From positions 64,001 to 128,000 of the IMG/VR virus record IMGVR_UViG_3300032294_002877: a stretch of DNA of 64,000 nucleotides, one strand, 5' to 3'. Positions 19,586 to 29,446 of the stretch are shown here, piece by piece. A program made the position numbers and the translations under genes. A model generated the notes under the pieces. That model was given only the letters and a program-made list of their open reading frames with translations. It searched no databases and was not told the origin of the DNA. Origin of the DNA: a virus. The stretch's first letter is position 1. Every line of letters starts with the position of its first letter.

Positions 19586-20361
19586 GAATAGCATTTTGCA
19601 TATCTGGACACTTAAGAGATTATAAAAGTCTTACAGATAATTTTTTTGAATTCAAAACTTTTTGTGAAAAATTTGGAACAGTAGACACATTTATTGCTAC
19701 ATGGGATAAGATAAGTACAAAATATTCGTGGTCAGCAGCGCATAATTTAACACTACATAAGAATACAGAAACTAAAGTTAGATATCAAGACATATCTGAT
19801 CACTATAAAACAAAAGATGTAATAATTTTTGATGATGAATTCTATTCTTCTGACAGAAGTCCATTAAAATATCAGCATTTTACAAAACATCAATACAATT
19901 GGGATCACAGAGGTATTAGCAATAATGTCATACACTCTACGCGTATGTTTTTTTTAATCCATCAAGCTAATGTACTGAAATTAAATAAAGAATATTCTAA
20001 CAATATAAAATACGATTTGGTTATACGATTAAGACCAGATATGCTGTTTCATAAACATCTTTATGAATCTATAGACTTTAATAAAATACTACATACTAAT
20101 AAAATTTTTATTGTTCCACACTCAATGCCTCATAAAAATCACATCTCTTATTGCGACAGATTCATCATAGGATCTTCTAATCTTATGGACAAATTATCCT
20201 CAACTATGTATAATTTATCAATACCATTTAATAGAAATATTTTCGGAGATCCAGAAGATGTTCTCTTTCATGCTATACATAATATAATAGATCAAGACAA
20301 AATAGAATTTATGCAACCAATTGAAAACATTATATCAGAAAATAGTAATTTTTTAAGATAG
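19582..20361 (+). CDS. glycan-biosynthesis protein (GT-like)
   Basis: MRIAFCISGHLR, YDLVIRLRPD, DRF.IG; paralogous pattern to 17572 and 39118. GAGGGAG RBS before ATG 19582. Confidence 0.6.
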   Translation: MRIAFCISGHLRDYKSLTDNFFEFKTFCEKFGTVDTFIATWDKISTKYSWSAAHNLTLHKNTETKVRYQDISDHYKTKDVIIFDDEFYSSDRSPLKYQHFTKHQYNWDHRGISNNVIHSTRMFFLIHQANVLKLNKEYSNNIKYDLVIRLRPDMLFHKHLYESIDFNKILHTNKIFIVPHSMPHKNHISYCDRFIIGSSNLMDKLSSTMYNLSIPFNRNIFGDPEDVLFHAIHNIIDQDKIEFMQPIENIISENSNFLR

Positions 20362-20375
20362 AGAGCAAGAATAAT

Positions 20376-21008
20376 ATGATTATTATATTTGATGTAGGAG
20401 CTAATTTTGGTACCTTTTCTCTAGACATAACGAGAGAAAACCCAGATATTCTATGTTTTGCTTTTGAGCCTACCCCTTATCTGATAGATCATTTAAAAAA
20501 ACAAAGTCAAGAATTTTCTGATAGATATATTGTGTGTCCATATGCTGTTTCGAATTATGTAAGAAAGGCCCAATTTCATGTTAGTGGGAATGCTGATTGG
20601 GGATGTAGTTCTTTACTACTATTTAATACGAATTTGAAAGAAACATGGCCAGAGAGAAACGACTTTAACGTTACGGATAATATTGAAGTTGATGTTATTA
20701 CAATTGAATATTTTTTAGATAATATATACACTGGAAATATTTCTAAAATAGATTTCTTCCATTGTGATACACAAGGATCTGATCTGAATGTTCTTAAAGG
20801 TACCGGAAGATATATAAAACTAATAAAATCAGGTGAAGTTGAAGCCGCTAATAAACCAGATATTTTATATAAAAACCAAAATACTAAAGAAGATACTATT
20901 AATTTTTTAATAGATAATGGATTTTATATAAAATCCATTCTTCCTAATGATATGCATCAAAACGAAGTCAATATAGAATTTCTTAAAATTAATCATGAAT
21001 ATTTATAA
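20376..21008 (+). CDS. FkbM-family methyltransferase
   Basis: FDVGANFG, AFEP, IDFFHCDTQGSD. Confidence 0.85.
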   Translation: MIIIFDVGANFGTFSLDITRENPDILCFAFEPTPYLIDHLKKQSQEFSDRYIVCPYAVSNYVRKAQFHVSGNADWGCSSLLLFNTNLKETWPERNDFNVTDNIEVDVITIEYFLDNIYTGNISKIDFFHCDTQGSDLNVLKGTGRYIKLIKSGEVEAANKPDILYKNQNTKEDTINFLIDNGFYIKSILPNDMHQNEVNIEFLKINHEYL

Positions 21009-21315
21009 AGAACAAAACTTAATTAAAGGATGGTTTGTTGGTAGCTTTAGTCCAACTGCTTACTCTACAGATAATTGTGAAGTAGCTATTAAAAGATATA
21101 AAAGAGGAGAATGTGAAAGTAAACACCATCATAAGATAGCAACGGAGATCACATTTATCATAGATGGAAAAGTTAAAATGAATGATAAAATACTAAATAA
21201 AGGCGATATTATAGTCATTTTACCAAACGAATCCACAGATTTCTTGGCAATGGAAGACACAATTACTTCTGTGGTCAAAGTTCCGTGCGTAGCAAATGAT
21301 AAATATGAAAATTGA
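20995..21315 (+). CDS. cupin-domain protein
   Basis: KGWFVGSF.P, HHHKIATEIT.I..G, L.KGDI. Confidence 0.75.
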   Translation: MNIYKEQNLIKGWFVGSFSPTAYSTDNCEVAIKRYKRGECESKHHHKIATEITFIIDGKVKMNDKILNKGDIIVILPNESTDFLAMEDTITSVVKVPCVANDKYEN

Positions 21316-21321
21316 CAGCAG

Positions 21322-22116
21322 ATGATAGACCTGTACTGCATAACATATAATAACAATAGGATACTAAACGATTGGTTCTGCCAATCGTTATTAGAATCAG
21401 ATTATCCTAGAGACACTACTTCTATATTTGTTATAGACAATCATTCATCGGCTAAGATAGAATACACATACAGACACTTAAATATTAAAATTATAGAAAA
21501 TTCTTTAAGACCTAACTTTTCTACTGGTCATTTAAGTAGAAATTGGAATCAGTGTATCATTAACGGTTTTGAAAATCTTAATAGCCCAGCATGCGATGCG
21601 GTAGTATGCTGTCAAAACGATACGATACTACAGAAAGATTGGTACTATAGAATGTTGTATCTAAATAATAATCTAGATTTTTATTCCTTTGGTGCTGGAG
21701 ATCAACTACAAGTATTCAATACTAGAGCTATCAAAAAAGTTGGATTGTACGATGAAAGATTTTGCTCAATAGCATACCAAGAAGCGGACTATTTTTTGAG
21801 ATCTGTATTGTACAATACAGAAAAAACTAGTATTAATGACTATTATCATAAGAGAGTTCATAATCCTATAAAACCAGAAATTTGTATGATACAACCTTCA
21901 GAAATAGGATGTGAAAGAGACCCTCATCTACATAATATGGATCATCATAAACTATGTCTTAATCTTTTTCACAAGAAATGGCGAATTAATCCACATAATT
22001 GGAATCATGATAATATAAAAAATCTATCTCCTCAAATAGACTCTTTTATATATTATCCATATTTTGAAAAAGATATTGATAAAGACTCTTTAGTCAAACA
22101 AAAATATTTATTATGA
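21322..22116 (+). CDS. putative glycosyltransferase (GT2-like)
   Basis: VIDNHS, LSRNWNQ.I, CQND, VGLYDERF....QEADY. Confidence 0.65.
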   Translation: MIDLYCITYNNNRILNDWFCQSLLESDYPRDTTSIFVIDNHSSAKIEYTYRHLNIKIIENSLRPNFSTGHLSRNWNQCIINGFENLNSPACDAVVCCQNDTILQKDWYYRMLYLNNNLDFYSFGAGDQLQVFNTRAIKKVGLYDERFCSIAYQEADYFLRSVLYNTEKTSINDYYHKRVHNPIKPEICMIQPSEIGCERDPHLHNMDHHKLCLNLFHKKWRINPHNWNHDNIKNLSPQIDSFIYYPYFEKDIDKDSLVKQKYLL

Positions 22117-22553
22117 TTTTTATTTCGCATAGAGCTAATTTATACGGCAAAGATCCCACACGAGAAAATCGTATTACTTCAGTTAATGAATGTCTGAATC
22201 TTGGTCTACATGTGGAAATAGATGTATGGTTTCATAATGGATCTTTTTGGCTCGGTCATGATAAACCAGAATCTATTATAGATGAAAAATTTTTAGAGAA
22301 TAAAAAACTATGGTGCCATGCAAAAAATTCTGCAGCGTTGTTTCGTATGTTAGATAACGCTAAAATACATTGTTTCTGGCACGACACAGATAAGCATACC
22401 ATCACATCAAATGGTTTTATATGGAGTTTCCCAAATTGCCCAACCAACGAAAAAAGTATTTGTGTACTACCAGAAAAATATAACACTGTTATTGAAAACT
22501 GTTACGGTATATGTAGCGACTACATTCATAATTACATAAGCCAATATGGTTAA
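22113..22553 (+). CDS. glycerophosphodiester phosphodiesterase-like protein
   Basis: ISHRAN..G....REN, VEIDVW, LGHD, LWCHAKN. Confidence 0.75.
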   Translation: MIFISHRANLYGKDPTRENRITSVNECLNLGLHVEIDVWFHNGSFWLGHDKPESIIDEKFLENKKLWCHAKNSAALFRMLDNAKIHCFWHDTDKHTITSNGFIWSFPNCPTNEKSICVLPEKYNTVIENCYGICSDYIHNYISQYG

Positions 22554-22563
22554 CAATAGGTAT

Positions 22564-22592
22564 TTGACCGCACGGTCCCGGTATCTTATAAT
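22564..22592 (+). promoter_or_regulatory. sigma70-type promoter
   Basis: TTGACC-17 nt-TATAAT. Confidence 0.75.
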
Positions 22593-22619
22593 ATGTAAGG
22601 AACTGGTAGCCTGCACACT

Positions 22620-22778
22620 ATGAACAATACTCTACTGCTATTTTTGGCTTTATCAATATTGGGTGGTATTGCTCACGGTCTTCTTAGAACGGTTGAAGTG
22701 AGACATAATCCATCAACCGGAATAAAACCATCTAAGAATCTATTTTCTTTTATTTTTATGGACACCAACAGATACTAA
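22620..22778 (+). CDS. small membrane protein (52 aa, not in the ORF track)
   Basis: MNNTLLLFLALSILGGIAHGLL...; follows the promoter; its stop overlaps the next ATG. Confidence 0.5.
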   Translation: MNNTLLLFLALSILGGIAHGLLRTVEVRHNPSTGIKPSKNLFSFIFMDTNRY

Positions 22779-23308
22779 TGAACAGACTTAAAAACCAAAG
22801 AGTCTATTTAGCCGGTGCTATGGATAGGGTTGCGGACAGAGGAACAACATGGAGAGATAATATAACTCCTTTTCTAGAAAATTTAGGGGTTGTGGTCTTC
22901 AATCCTATAAAAAAACCAACAGATATAGGTCTGGAAGATAATGAAAGTCACAACGTCAAAACAAAGTTAAAAGCCCAACATAGATACGATGAATTATCGT
23001 CTATGATGAAAACTATACGTGGCGTAGATCTTAGATTGGTAGATATTAGTGATTTTCTTGTGGTAAATTTAGACCTAGATGTTCATCCTTGTGGAACATA
23101 TGAAGAAATCTTTGATGCTAATAGATCTAAGAAGCCAATACTCATACACGTTGAGCAAGGCAAACACTCAACTCCTGACTGGCTTTTTGGAACAATCCCT
23201 CATCAAATGTTTTTTTCTAATTGGGATGATATCAAAAGCTATCTATTGCATATCAATCAAGATGAAAACATTACAACATTCAATAGATGGCGTTTTTTCA
23301 ACATGTGA
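22778..23308 (+). CDS. nucleoside 2-deoxyribosyltransferase-like (NDT/Rcl-type N-glycosidase)
   Basis: VYLAGAMD, WR, VFNP, DL..VDISD, GTYEE, KP. Confidence 0.75.
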   Translation: MNRLKNQRVYLAGAMDRVADRGTTWRDNITPFLENLGVVVFNPIKKPTDIGLEDNESHNVKTKLKAQHRYDELSSMMKTIRGVDLRLVDISDFLVVNLDLDVHPCGTYEEIFDANRSKKPILIHVEQGKHSTPDWLFGTIPHQMFFSNWDDIKSYLLHINQDENITTFNRWRFFNM

Positions 23309-23311
23309 TTT

Positions 23312-23515
23312 ATGCCCAAATACTATGTGGTATCAGGACAGATAAAATTTATTATTGATGCAAAAGACGAACTTACAGCTATTTTAGCAACAGTATCTCA
23401 TTATAGAGGCAAAGGATTGCTATTTGGCCCACAAATATGCATTAATCAAAAAGGATTTACAGCACAAAAAAGCAAACAAAAATGTTATGATACAGATAAA
23501 TTTCTAGGAATGTAA
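23312..23515 (+). CDS. hypothetical protein
   Basis: 67-aa ORF in operon. Confidence 0.5.
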   Translation: MPKYYVVSGQIKFIIDAKDELTAILATVSHYRGKGLLFGPQICINQKGFTAQKSKQKCYDTDKFLGM

Positions 23516-23516
23516 T

Positions 23517-24650
23517 ATGCAAAAAATAATTAATGATACAAAGTTGGATTTTGACGATGTACTTATAGTACCTCAAAGATCTACTCTTACTAGTAGATCA
23601 GAAATTAAACTCGATAGAACATTCAGATTCTATCATTCTCCCAGAGAATGGACAGGCATACCGATAATGTGTGCTAATATGAGTTTTTCTTCTTTCGACA
23701 TGGCTAAAAACTTATCAAAATATAAGATTATTACTTGCTTACATAAATATCATAGTGTTAATGAGTTAATAGAATATTTTACTAATTATCCACAAAATAT
23801 AGATTATACTTTTATTTCAATAGGATATAAAAAAACAGACCTTAATCATTTATTAGAATTTAAAAATAAAACAGGAATACAGCCGAATATCTGTATAGAC
23901 GTACCGAATGGTCATATGGATGTTTTTGTAAAATACTGTAAGAAAGTTAGGGATAGCTTTCCGGACTCTATTATCATAGCCGGTAATGTTACCAATACAT
24001 CGTCAACACAAGAATTGTTAATTTATGGAGGTGTCGATATTGTAAAAGTTGGTATAGGTGGTGGTAGAATGTGTACTACAAGATTTGTTACCGGATGTGG
24101 AATACCACAACTATCATGCTGCTTAGATAATTCCTATATCTCTCATGGACTACAAAACGGTTCCAAAAAATTAGGATTGATATGCTCAGATGGTGGACAT
24201 AAAACAGTCGGGGATGTTTGCAAAGCTCTTTGTGCTGGTTCAGATTTTGTAATGCTCGGTAGTTATTTTGCCGGTACTGACCCTTGCGTTGGAGAATGGC
24301 AATACGAAACAGAATATAGTCAAGAAACCAACTTAGACTACTGGGAAACGCAAAATTTGAACACAACAATAAACAGAAAAAAGACTAAGTTTACATATTA
24401 TGGAATGAGTACACATAAAGCACAAGAAATATTCGAAGATCATATTAAAGATTATAGAGCATCAGAAGGAACTGTCATCACCATACCATACAAAGGACCT
24501 GTAGAAAATGTTGTACAGGAATTGCTTGGCGGTATCAGATCCGCTTGTTGTTATATAGGGGCCTACCATATAAAGCATATGGCTAAATGTAGTCAATTTT
24601 GCAGAGTTAATCACATACATTCAAATAAAAATCCCGAGCTCGGTGTTTAA
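23517..24650 (+). CDS. guaC: GMP reductase (IMPDH/GMPR family)
   Basis: KLDFDDVLIVP.RS.L.SR, CIDVPNG, AGNV, VKVGIGGGRMCTTR, SDGG, FVMLG, YRASEG, GGIRSAC.Y.GA. Confidence 0.88.
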   Translation: MQKIINDTKLDFDDVLIVPQRSTLTSRSEIKLDRTFRFYHSPREWTGIPIMCANMSFSSFDMAKNLSKYKIITCLHKYHSVNELIEYFTNYPQNIDYTFISIGYKKTDLNHLLEFKNKTGIQPNICIDVPNGHMDVFVKYCKKVRDSFPDSIIIAGNVTNTSSTQELLIYGGVDIVKVGIGGGRMCTTRFVTGCGIPQLSCCLDNSYISHGLQNGSKKLGLICSDGGHKTVGDVCKALCAGSDFVMLGSYFAGTDPCVGEWQYETEYSQETNLDYWETQNLNTTINRKKTKFTYYGMSTHKAQEIFEDHIKDYRASEGTVITIPYKGPVENVVQELLGGIRSACCYIGAYHIKHMAKCSQFCRVNHIHSNKNPELGV

Positions 24651-25709
24651 ATGAAAATATCCTTATCCGCTCCTATAAACGATACAGGTTATGGTATAGC
24701 CTCTCTGAATATTATAAGGGAGCTAGCAAATCTAGATTATGATATATCTTATTTTGCTTTAGGACAACCGTCTGTTCATAATAGTCAAGACTATGATTTG
24801 ATTAAAAAAATATTGCACAATCAAGATAATTTTGATGTATATGCTCCATATCTTAAAATATGGCATCAGTTTGATCTGGCTCAGAGAATAGGACGAGGTA
24901 AGTATTGTGCGTTCCCTTTTTTCGAACTAGATATTTTTAATAAAAGAGAAAAACTTCACCTATCTGTACCAGATGAAATCATAGTATGTTCGGATTGGGC
25001 GAAACGTATAGTGATTGAAAATGGTATAAAGAATCCGGTTAATGTGGTACCACTAGGTGTGAATAGACTGATTTTTAATGACATGGTTAAAAAACAAAGG
25101 AATGATGATAAGTATGTTTTTATTAATATAGGTAAATGGGAAATTCGCAAAGGACACGATATACTTATAGATATTTTCCATAGAGCTTTTCCTGATAACA
25201 ATAATGTCGAACTTTGGATATTAGCACCAGAACATAATAATTCATATTCTAATGAAGAAGAATTAGAGAGATGGCATAAAAAATATTCTGGCGATAGGAT
25301 AAAACTTTTTAACGGACTACCAACCCATGAAGATGTAGCAAGGCTTATAGCAGAAGCTGATTGTGGTATTTTTCCATCTAGAGCAGAGGGTTGGAATTTG
25401 GAACTACTAGAGACTATGAGTATGGGTAAACCTGTTATAACAACAAATTATTCAGCACACACAGAATTCTGTAATCAAGATAATGCTTATCTTGTAGATA
25501 TTGCTTCTGTTGAACCGGCATATGATGGCAAAGCTTTTTATAAACAGGGCAATTGGGCAAAAATATCTGGTCCTGAGATTGACAAATTTACAGAATATAT
25601 GAAATATGTTGTCAAAAATAACATTAGAAATAATCCTAATGGTATTATAACGGCTAAACAATATAGTTGGAAAAATTCAGCCACAATACTTTCTGGGTGT
25701 ATTAAATAA
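24651..25709 (+). CDS. GT4-family glycosyltransferase
   Basis: GYG, PLGV, NIGKWEIRKG.D, FPSRAEGWNL.LLE.M.MGKPVITT. Confidence 0.85.
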   Translation: MKISLSAPINDTGYGIASLNIIRELANLDYDISYFALGQPSVHNSQDYDLIKKILHNQDNFDVYAPYLKIWHQFDLAQRIGRGKYCAFPFFELDIFNKREKLHLSVPDEIIVCSDWAKRIVIENGIKNPVNVVPLGVNRLIFNDMVKKQRNDDKYVFINIGKWEIRKGHDILIDIFHRAFPDNNNVELWILAPEHNNSYSNEEELERWHKKYSGDRIKLFNGLPTHEDVARLIAEADCGIFPSRAEGWNLELLETMSMGKPVITTNYSAHTEFCNQDNAYLVDIASVEPAYDGKAFYKQGNWAKISGPEIDKFTEYMKYVVKNNIRNNPNGIITAKQYSWKNSATILSGCIK

Positions 25710-25710
25710 T
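25695..25710 (+). promoter_or_regulatory. GGTGTA-type putative phage promoter motif
   Basis: GGGTGTATTAAATAAT followed by the RBS AGGAGA and ATG 25730. Confidence 0.45.
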
Positions 25711-25729
25711 AACCAGGAGATAATATATT

Positions 25730-26275
25730 ATGCCTATTCCATCGCCAAACGGTAACGAAAAAAAAGATAAGTTTGTCTCTCGTTGTATGAGTGATGAGAT
25801 TATGAAAAAAGACTACCCAGACACAAAACAAAGGGTAGCAATATGTTTGGGGCAAACAAAAAAAGATAAATCTACACTTATGGAAGAAATAGATGATAAT
25901 ATTATGGCCTCAAACAGCAATTGGGATGATGAATGGAATGAATTTATATGGGATATAGATTCGCCTAAAAATATCTATGATGAAAATGAAATGATTATAG
26001 CATCAGACAAACCCAAAGACAAAAAAGTAACACTTAACAAACCATTCAGAACTCCTGGCGGTCCTAAAAAATTTAGTGTGTATGTAAAAAATGATAAGGG
26101 TAATGTTGTCAAAGTTAATTTTGGCGATCCTAATATGGAGATCAAAAGAGACGATCCAGAAAGAAGAAAATCATATAGAGCAAGACATAACTGTGATAAC
26201 CCAGGACCAAAATGGAAAGCAAATTATTGGTCATGTAAAATGTGGTCAAAAACAAATGTTTCAGATTTAACCTAA
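25730..26275 (+). CDS. phage hypothetical protein (possibly virion-associated)
   Basis: MPIP.P...E....F.SRCM N-terminus; basic C-terminal KVNFGDPNMEIKRD...RARHNC...YWSC, a pattern typical of large phages. Confidence 0.6.
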   Translation: MPIPSPNGNEKKDKFVSRCMSDEIMKKDYPDTKQRVAICLGQTKKDKSTLMEEIDDNIMASNSNWDDEWNEFIWDIDSPKNIYDENEMIIASDKPKDKKVTLNKPFRTPGGPKKFSVYVKNDKGNVVKVNFGDPNMEIKRDDPERRKSYRARHNCDNPGPKWKANYWSCKMWSKTNVSDLT

Positions 26276-26299
26276 TTCAATAAAGAAATAACGGAGAAA

Positions 26300-26845
26300 T
26301 TGATCATGAGCGATAAAAAAAATATTGAAGAATTATTAGTTGAACAAGAATCACAAACCAAAGCTCAAGAGGTAGAGGGTTATAGCTCGCAAACCGTTAT
26401 TGATTTATTAAAACAGTCTCTTAATATTCATTGGCAACAAACCACAGTATTATCCGCACAGGCTGTTCATTTAGAAAGATGGGGATATAAAAAACTTGCA
26501 GAAACCATTAAAGTAGATGCAGAAGAGGAGCATAAACATGCCATGATTAATTTGCAACGTCTAGAATTTTTTGATGCAGATTATCAACCACTGCTAGTAA
26601 ATCCACCAGCATGGACAAGACATGATATGCTAGCTATGATTCAATACAATCTAAATTCTGTTAGAGAAGCATCTCAAACAGAAAGAGCAACAGTTGTTGC
26701 TGCTAGAGCAGTTGGAGACGAAATGACAGCAAATATGATGATTCCTCTTCTACAAGGTAGCGAAGACGGAATCACGCTATATGAGGGCTATTTAAAACTT
26801 ATAGAACAAATGGGTCTGGATAATTTCTTGAGCATTCAGGCCTAA
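26300..26845 (+). CDS. bacterioferritin-like protein with degenerate ferroxidase centre
   Basis: Near-gapless match to Bfr (WG.K.L, EEHKHA, R..F, D...MM, LIEQMGLDNFL) but most ferroxidase ligands are substituted. Confidence 0.8.
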   Translation: MIMSDKKNIEELLVEQESQTKAQEVEGYSSQTVIDLLKQSLNIHWQQTTVLSAQAVHLERWGYKKLAETIKVDAEEEHKHAMINLQRLEFFDADYQPLLVNPPAWTRHDMLAMIQYNLNSVREASQTERATVVAARAVGDEMTANMMIPLLQGSEDGITLYEGYLKLIEQMGLDNFLSIQA

Positions 26846-26846
26846 A

Positions 26847-27512
26847 ATGGGTTCCTACAAAAAAATACTTAATGATATTTCGTATTATTTGACATCTAAA
26901 GATATAGATAATATCAAATATGAAGAATTTCTCATCGAGTATCCTGTACCGAATATTGTTAAATTTAACTGGCATGATATACTCCCATCTCCTTATAGAA
27001 ATTCCAGTAATAAGACAATCAGAGAACTGGAGTTGCTAGAACAAAAAACGAACAGTAGATCTACCGAAGACGTAGAAATGCTATTGCTAATTGATGCGTC
27101 TCCAGAATATTATATCAATCAAATTATAGACAAATATAGATTAAACTCACATTTTGAGGCAATGAGAGAATTTTACAATATTATTAAGCCAATATTATTA
27201 AATCTCAAATATAAATTTAATAGACCAAGACCTTATCAATTAGCCAAAATTTATGGCTATGATATAAAGATTGTCAATACTCTAACGCATCACACACCGG
27301 CTTATCCGTCTGGACATACGGTGTATACAGCATTATATAGTAATATTTTATCATATTATTATCCCGAATATGCGACTCTTTTCGATCAAGCAATAGACAA
27401 AACAGCGTATGCTAGGGTTCTCCAAGGAGTTCACTATCCATCCGATAATCAAGCCTCAATTAAATTAACTAAATTTTTATTCGATAACCTATACCCGATG
27501 GTGCTAACATGA
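26847..27512 (+). CDS. PAP2/vanadium-haloperoxidase-superfamily phosphatase
   Basis: K...RPRPYQ, PAYPSGH, R...GVHYPSD. Confidence 0.85.
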   Translation: MGSYKKILNDISYYLTSKDIDNIKYEEFLIEYPVPNIVKFNWHDILPSPYRNSSNKTIRELELLEQKTNSRSTEDVEMLLLIDASPEYYINQIIDKYRLNSHFEAMREFYNIIKPILLNLKYKFNRPRPYQLAKIYGYDIKIVNTLTHHTPAYPSGHTVYTALYSNILSYYYPEYATLFDQAIDKTAYARVLQGVHYPSDNQASIKLTKFLFDNLYPMVLT

Positions 27513-28021
27513 CAGATAGAATCTATGAAATACTTAATGACATATCAGAAGCTGCTCAAAAAGCAACAAAAGAAAAATTAGAGACTTCAAACACTAAAGC
27601 AGAAATTGGAGATTTCACACAAATAGAACAATCTGAGGTTGAGACTCCAGAAATGGAACTGATGGAATATAAAAATGATTTCTATCAGATGAGCTTGGGT
27701 GCTATTAAGTCAATAGCGGTTCACGCTCAAGCCATCCTCGACGCCGTAGAAAGCGATTCTGTAAAAGAAGGCTTGACCGAGAGCTGGCTACAGGGTAAAA
27801 TCGCCATAACAGAAGATTACATGCTCACCATTCACAATTTCCTAATGTTCGGAGAGGCAGAAGCCGATATCAATGAGGCAGAAGCGAAAAAAAATCTTCC
27901 AGGACTTTGGGAAAACATAAGGAAGAAAAAAGAAAAGATGGGGAAAAAATATAAACCAGCAAAACCAGGAGATAAAGATAGACCAGATCCTGAAACATGG
28001 AAAAAACTGACAAAAGACTAA
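27509..28021 (+). CDS. phage hypothetical protein
   Basis: Acidic N-terminus; basic C-terminal GLWENIRKKK...KPGDKDRP. Confidence 0.6.
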   Translation: MTDRIYEILNDISEAAQKATKEKLETSNTKAEIGDFTQIEQSEVETPEMELMEYKNDFYQMSLGAIKSIAVHAQAILDAVESDSVKEGLTESWLQGKIAITEDYMLTIHNFLMFGEAEADINEAEAKKNLPGLWENIRKKKEKMGKKYKPAKPGDKDRPDPETWKKLTKD

Positions 28022-28061
28022 TTCGGAAATTTTTAAGAAACTAATCAAAGGATATTTACTA

Positions 28062-28646
28062 ATGGAAAAACAGTTTGATTCTCTGTCTACATATATTTCT
28101 TTAGCCAAAAAGACCATATCAAAATTTGCTCCAAAGTTTTATAATGGTCTCTCAATAGAGATGCTTAAAAATGAAGAAGCTATCTCGGATGTTGCTACTG
28201 CATTGATGTATGCTGATTGGAGATTTGACGATCAAAGAACGGGAAAAACAGGCAAACAGAAAACACTATATTCGTACAGAAATCAATGTGCAATATGGGC
28301 TATCAAGACATACGTAACGAATAAGTATAAAAAGAAAAAGAACTACAGTATAGACTACGATAATGAAAATGATCAATCAATGAACTCTATGATTGCTGAC
28401 GAATCTCAGAAATCGCCGTTGGATATTCTTATAGATTCAGAGAATGCAGAAATTCTATCTACAGGAATAGAGTGTTTATTAGATAATAACTTATTATCCT
28501 CAAAACAAAAACAACAAATTAGGATGTACTATTTTGAGGAAAAAACTTTGTCAGCGATAGGAAAAGAGTTTGGTGTCTCTAGGGAGGCTGTAAGACAAAA
28601 TATTAAAAGAGGCTTAGATATTATTAAATCCCATGATCACAGCTAA
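28062..28646 (+). CDS. phage RNA polymerase sigma factor (sigma70-like)
   Basis: Region-4 HTH LSSKQKQQIRMYYFEEKTLSAIGKEFGVSREAVRQ; region-2-like YSYRNQCAIWAI. Confidence 0.8.
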   Translation: MEKQFDSLSTYISLAKKTISKFAPKFYNGLSIEMLKNEEAISDVATALMYADWRFDDQRTGKTGKQKTLYSYRNQCAIWAIKTYVTNKYKKKKNYSIDYDNENDQSMNSMIADESQKSPLDILIDSENAEILSTGIECLLDNNLLSSKQKQQIRMYYFEEKTLSAIGKEFGVSREAVRQNIKRGLDIIKSHDHS

Positions 28647-28980
28647 AATAAAAATCTATATACTGATTTTTAATAAAGTTACACTCAAGCACGACATAGT
28701 ATCTTTAGATAAAGACATATTAAGTATTCCATCAATAGATATATGCGAAGGAATGAATTTGCATAATTCTTTGTGTCAAGTTTTTGAATCTTACATAGAC
28801 TTATCATCTATGTATATGAGATATAAACTTTATGATGTGTCGATAAATAACCAAGAATTACATATATCATATCTAATAATGCTACCATTTGGATCAAGAA
28901 TCAAAAATTGTTTTTTAATACCATCATCAGCGACACAAACTAATAATGAAAATATTAAACAAATTCTTCAGCTTCTTTAA
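28633..28980 (+). CDS. hypothetical protein
   Basis: 115-aa ORF in operon. Confidence 0.55.
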   Translation: MITAKIKIYILIFNKVTLKHDIVSLDKDILSIPSIDICEGMNLHNSLCQVFESYIDLSSMYMRYKLYDVSINNQELHISYLIMLPFGSRIKNCFLIPSSATQTNNENIKQILQLL

Positions 28981-29383
28981 AAAGCCTCATGAAGAGACAA
29001 TGAATTTAGAAGACGAACAGTATGTTGGTGTGCTGTCTTTTAAAATTACGAACAAAAAAAATATAGATATCAATTGCTCATTACCAGATTTAAAAAATCA
29101 ATCAATTATAGACGTAGAAAACTTAGCCAAAATTTATGCAGAATTTTTATTCTATATCAATGAAGGTTTTTTAAAAGACGACATAATAGGAATCTTACAA
29201 AAAGATATCGATTCTGGTTATTACAAACAAGATGACGATAAAGCCAAAGCAACACTTTTTATAGACAATTTATTATTTAACTGGGCAATGGCTCATATAG
29301 AAAATAGAAAAAAAATAACCAAATCAGAAAAAAGTCATCAACCTATGATTAAACCTTCTTCGGTTTTCAATATATCCAGATAG
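28946..29383 (+). CDS. hypothetical protein
   Basis: 145-aa ORF in operon. Confidence 0.55.
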   Translation: MKILNKFFSFFKKPHEETMNLEDEQYVGVLSFKITNKKNIDINCSLPDLKNQSIIDVENLAKIYAEFLFYINEGFLKDDIIGILQKDIDSGYYKQDDDKAKATLFIDNLLFNWAMAHIENRKKITKSEKSHQPMIKPSSVFNISR

Positions 29384-29446
29384 ATATTTGCTTTTTTGGT
29401 TTTGTATATTACTATACATAAGCAATATACAGAGCAAAACTATACA

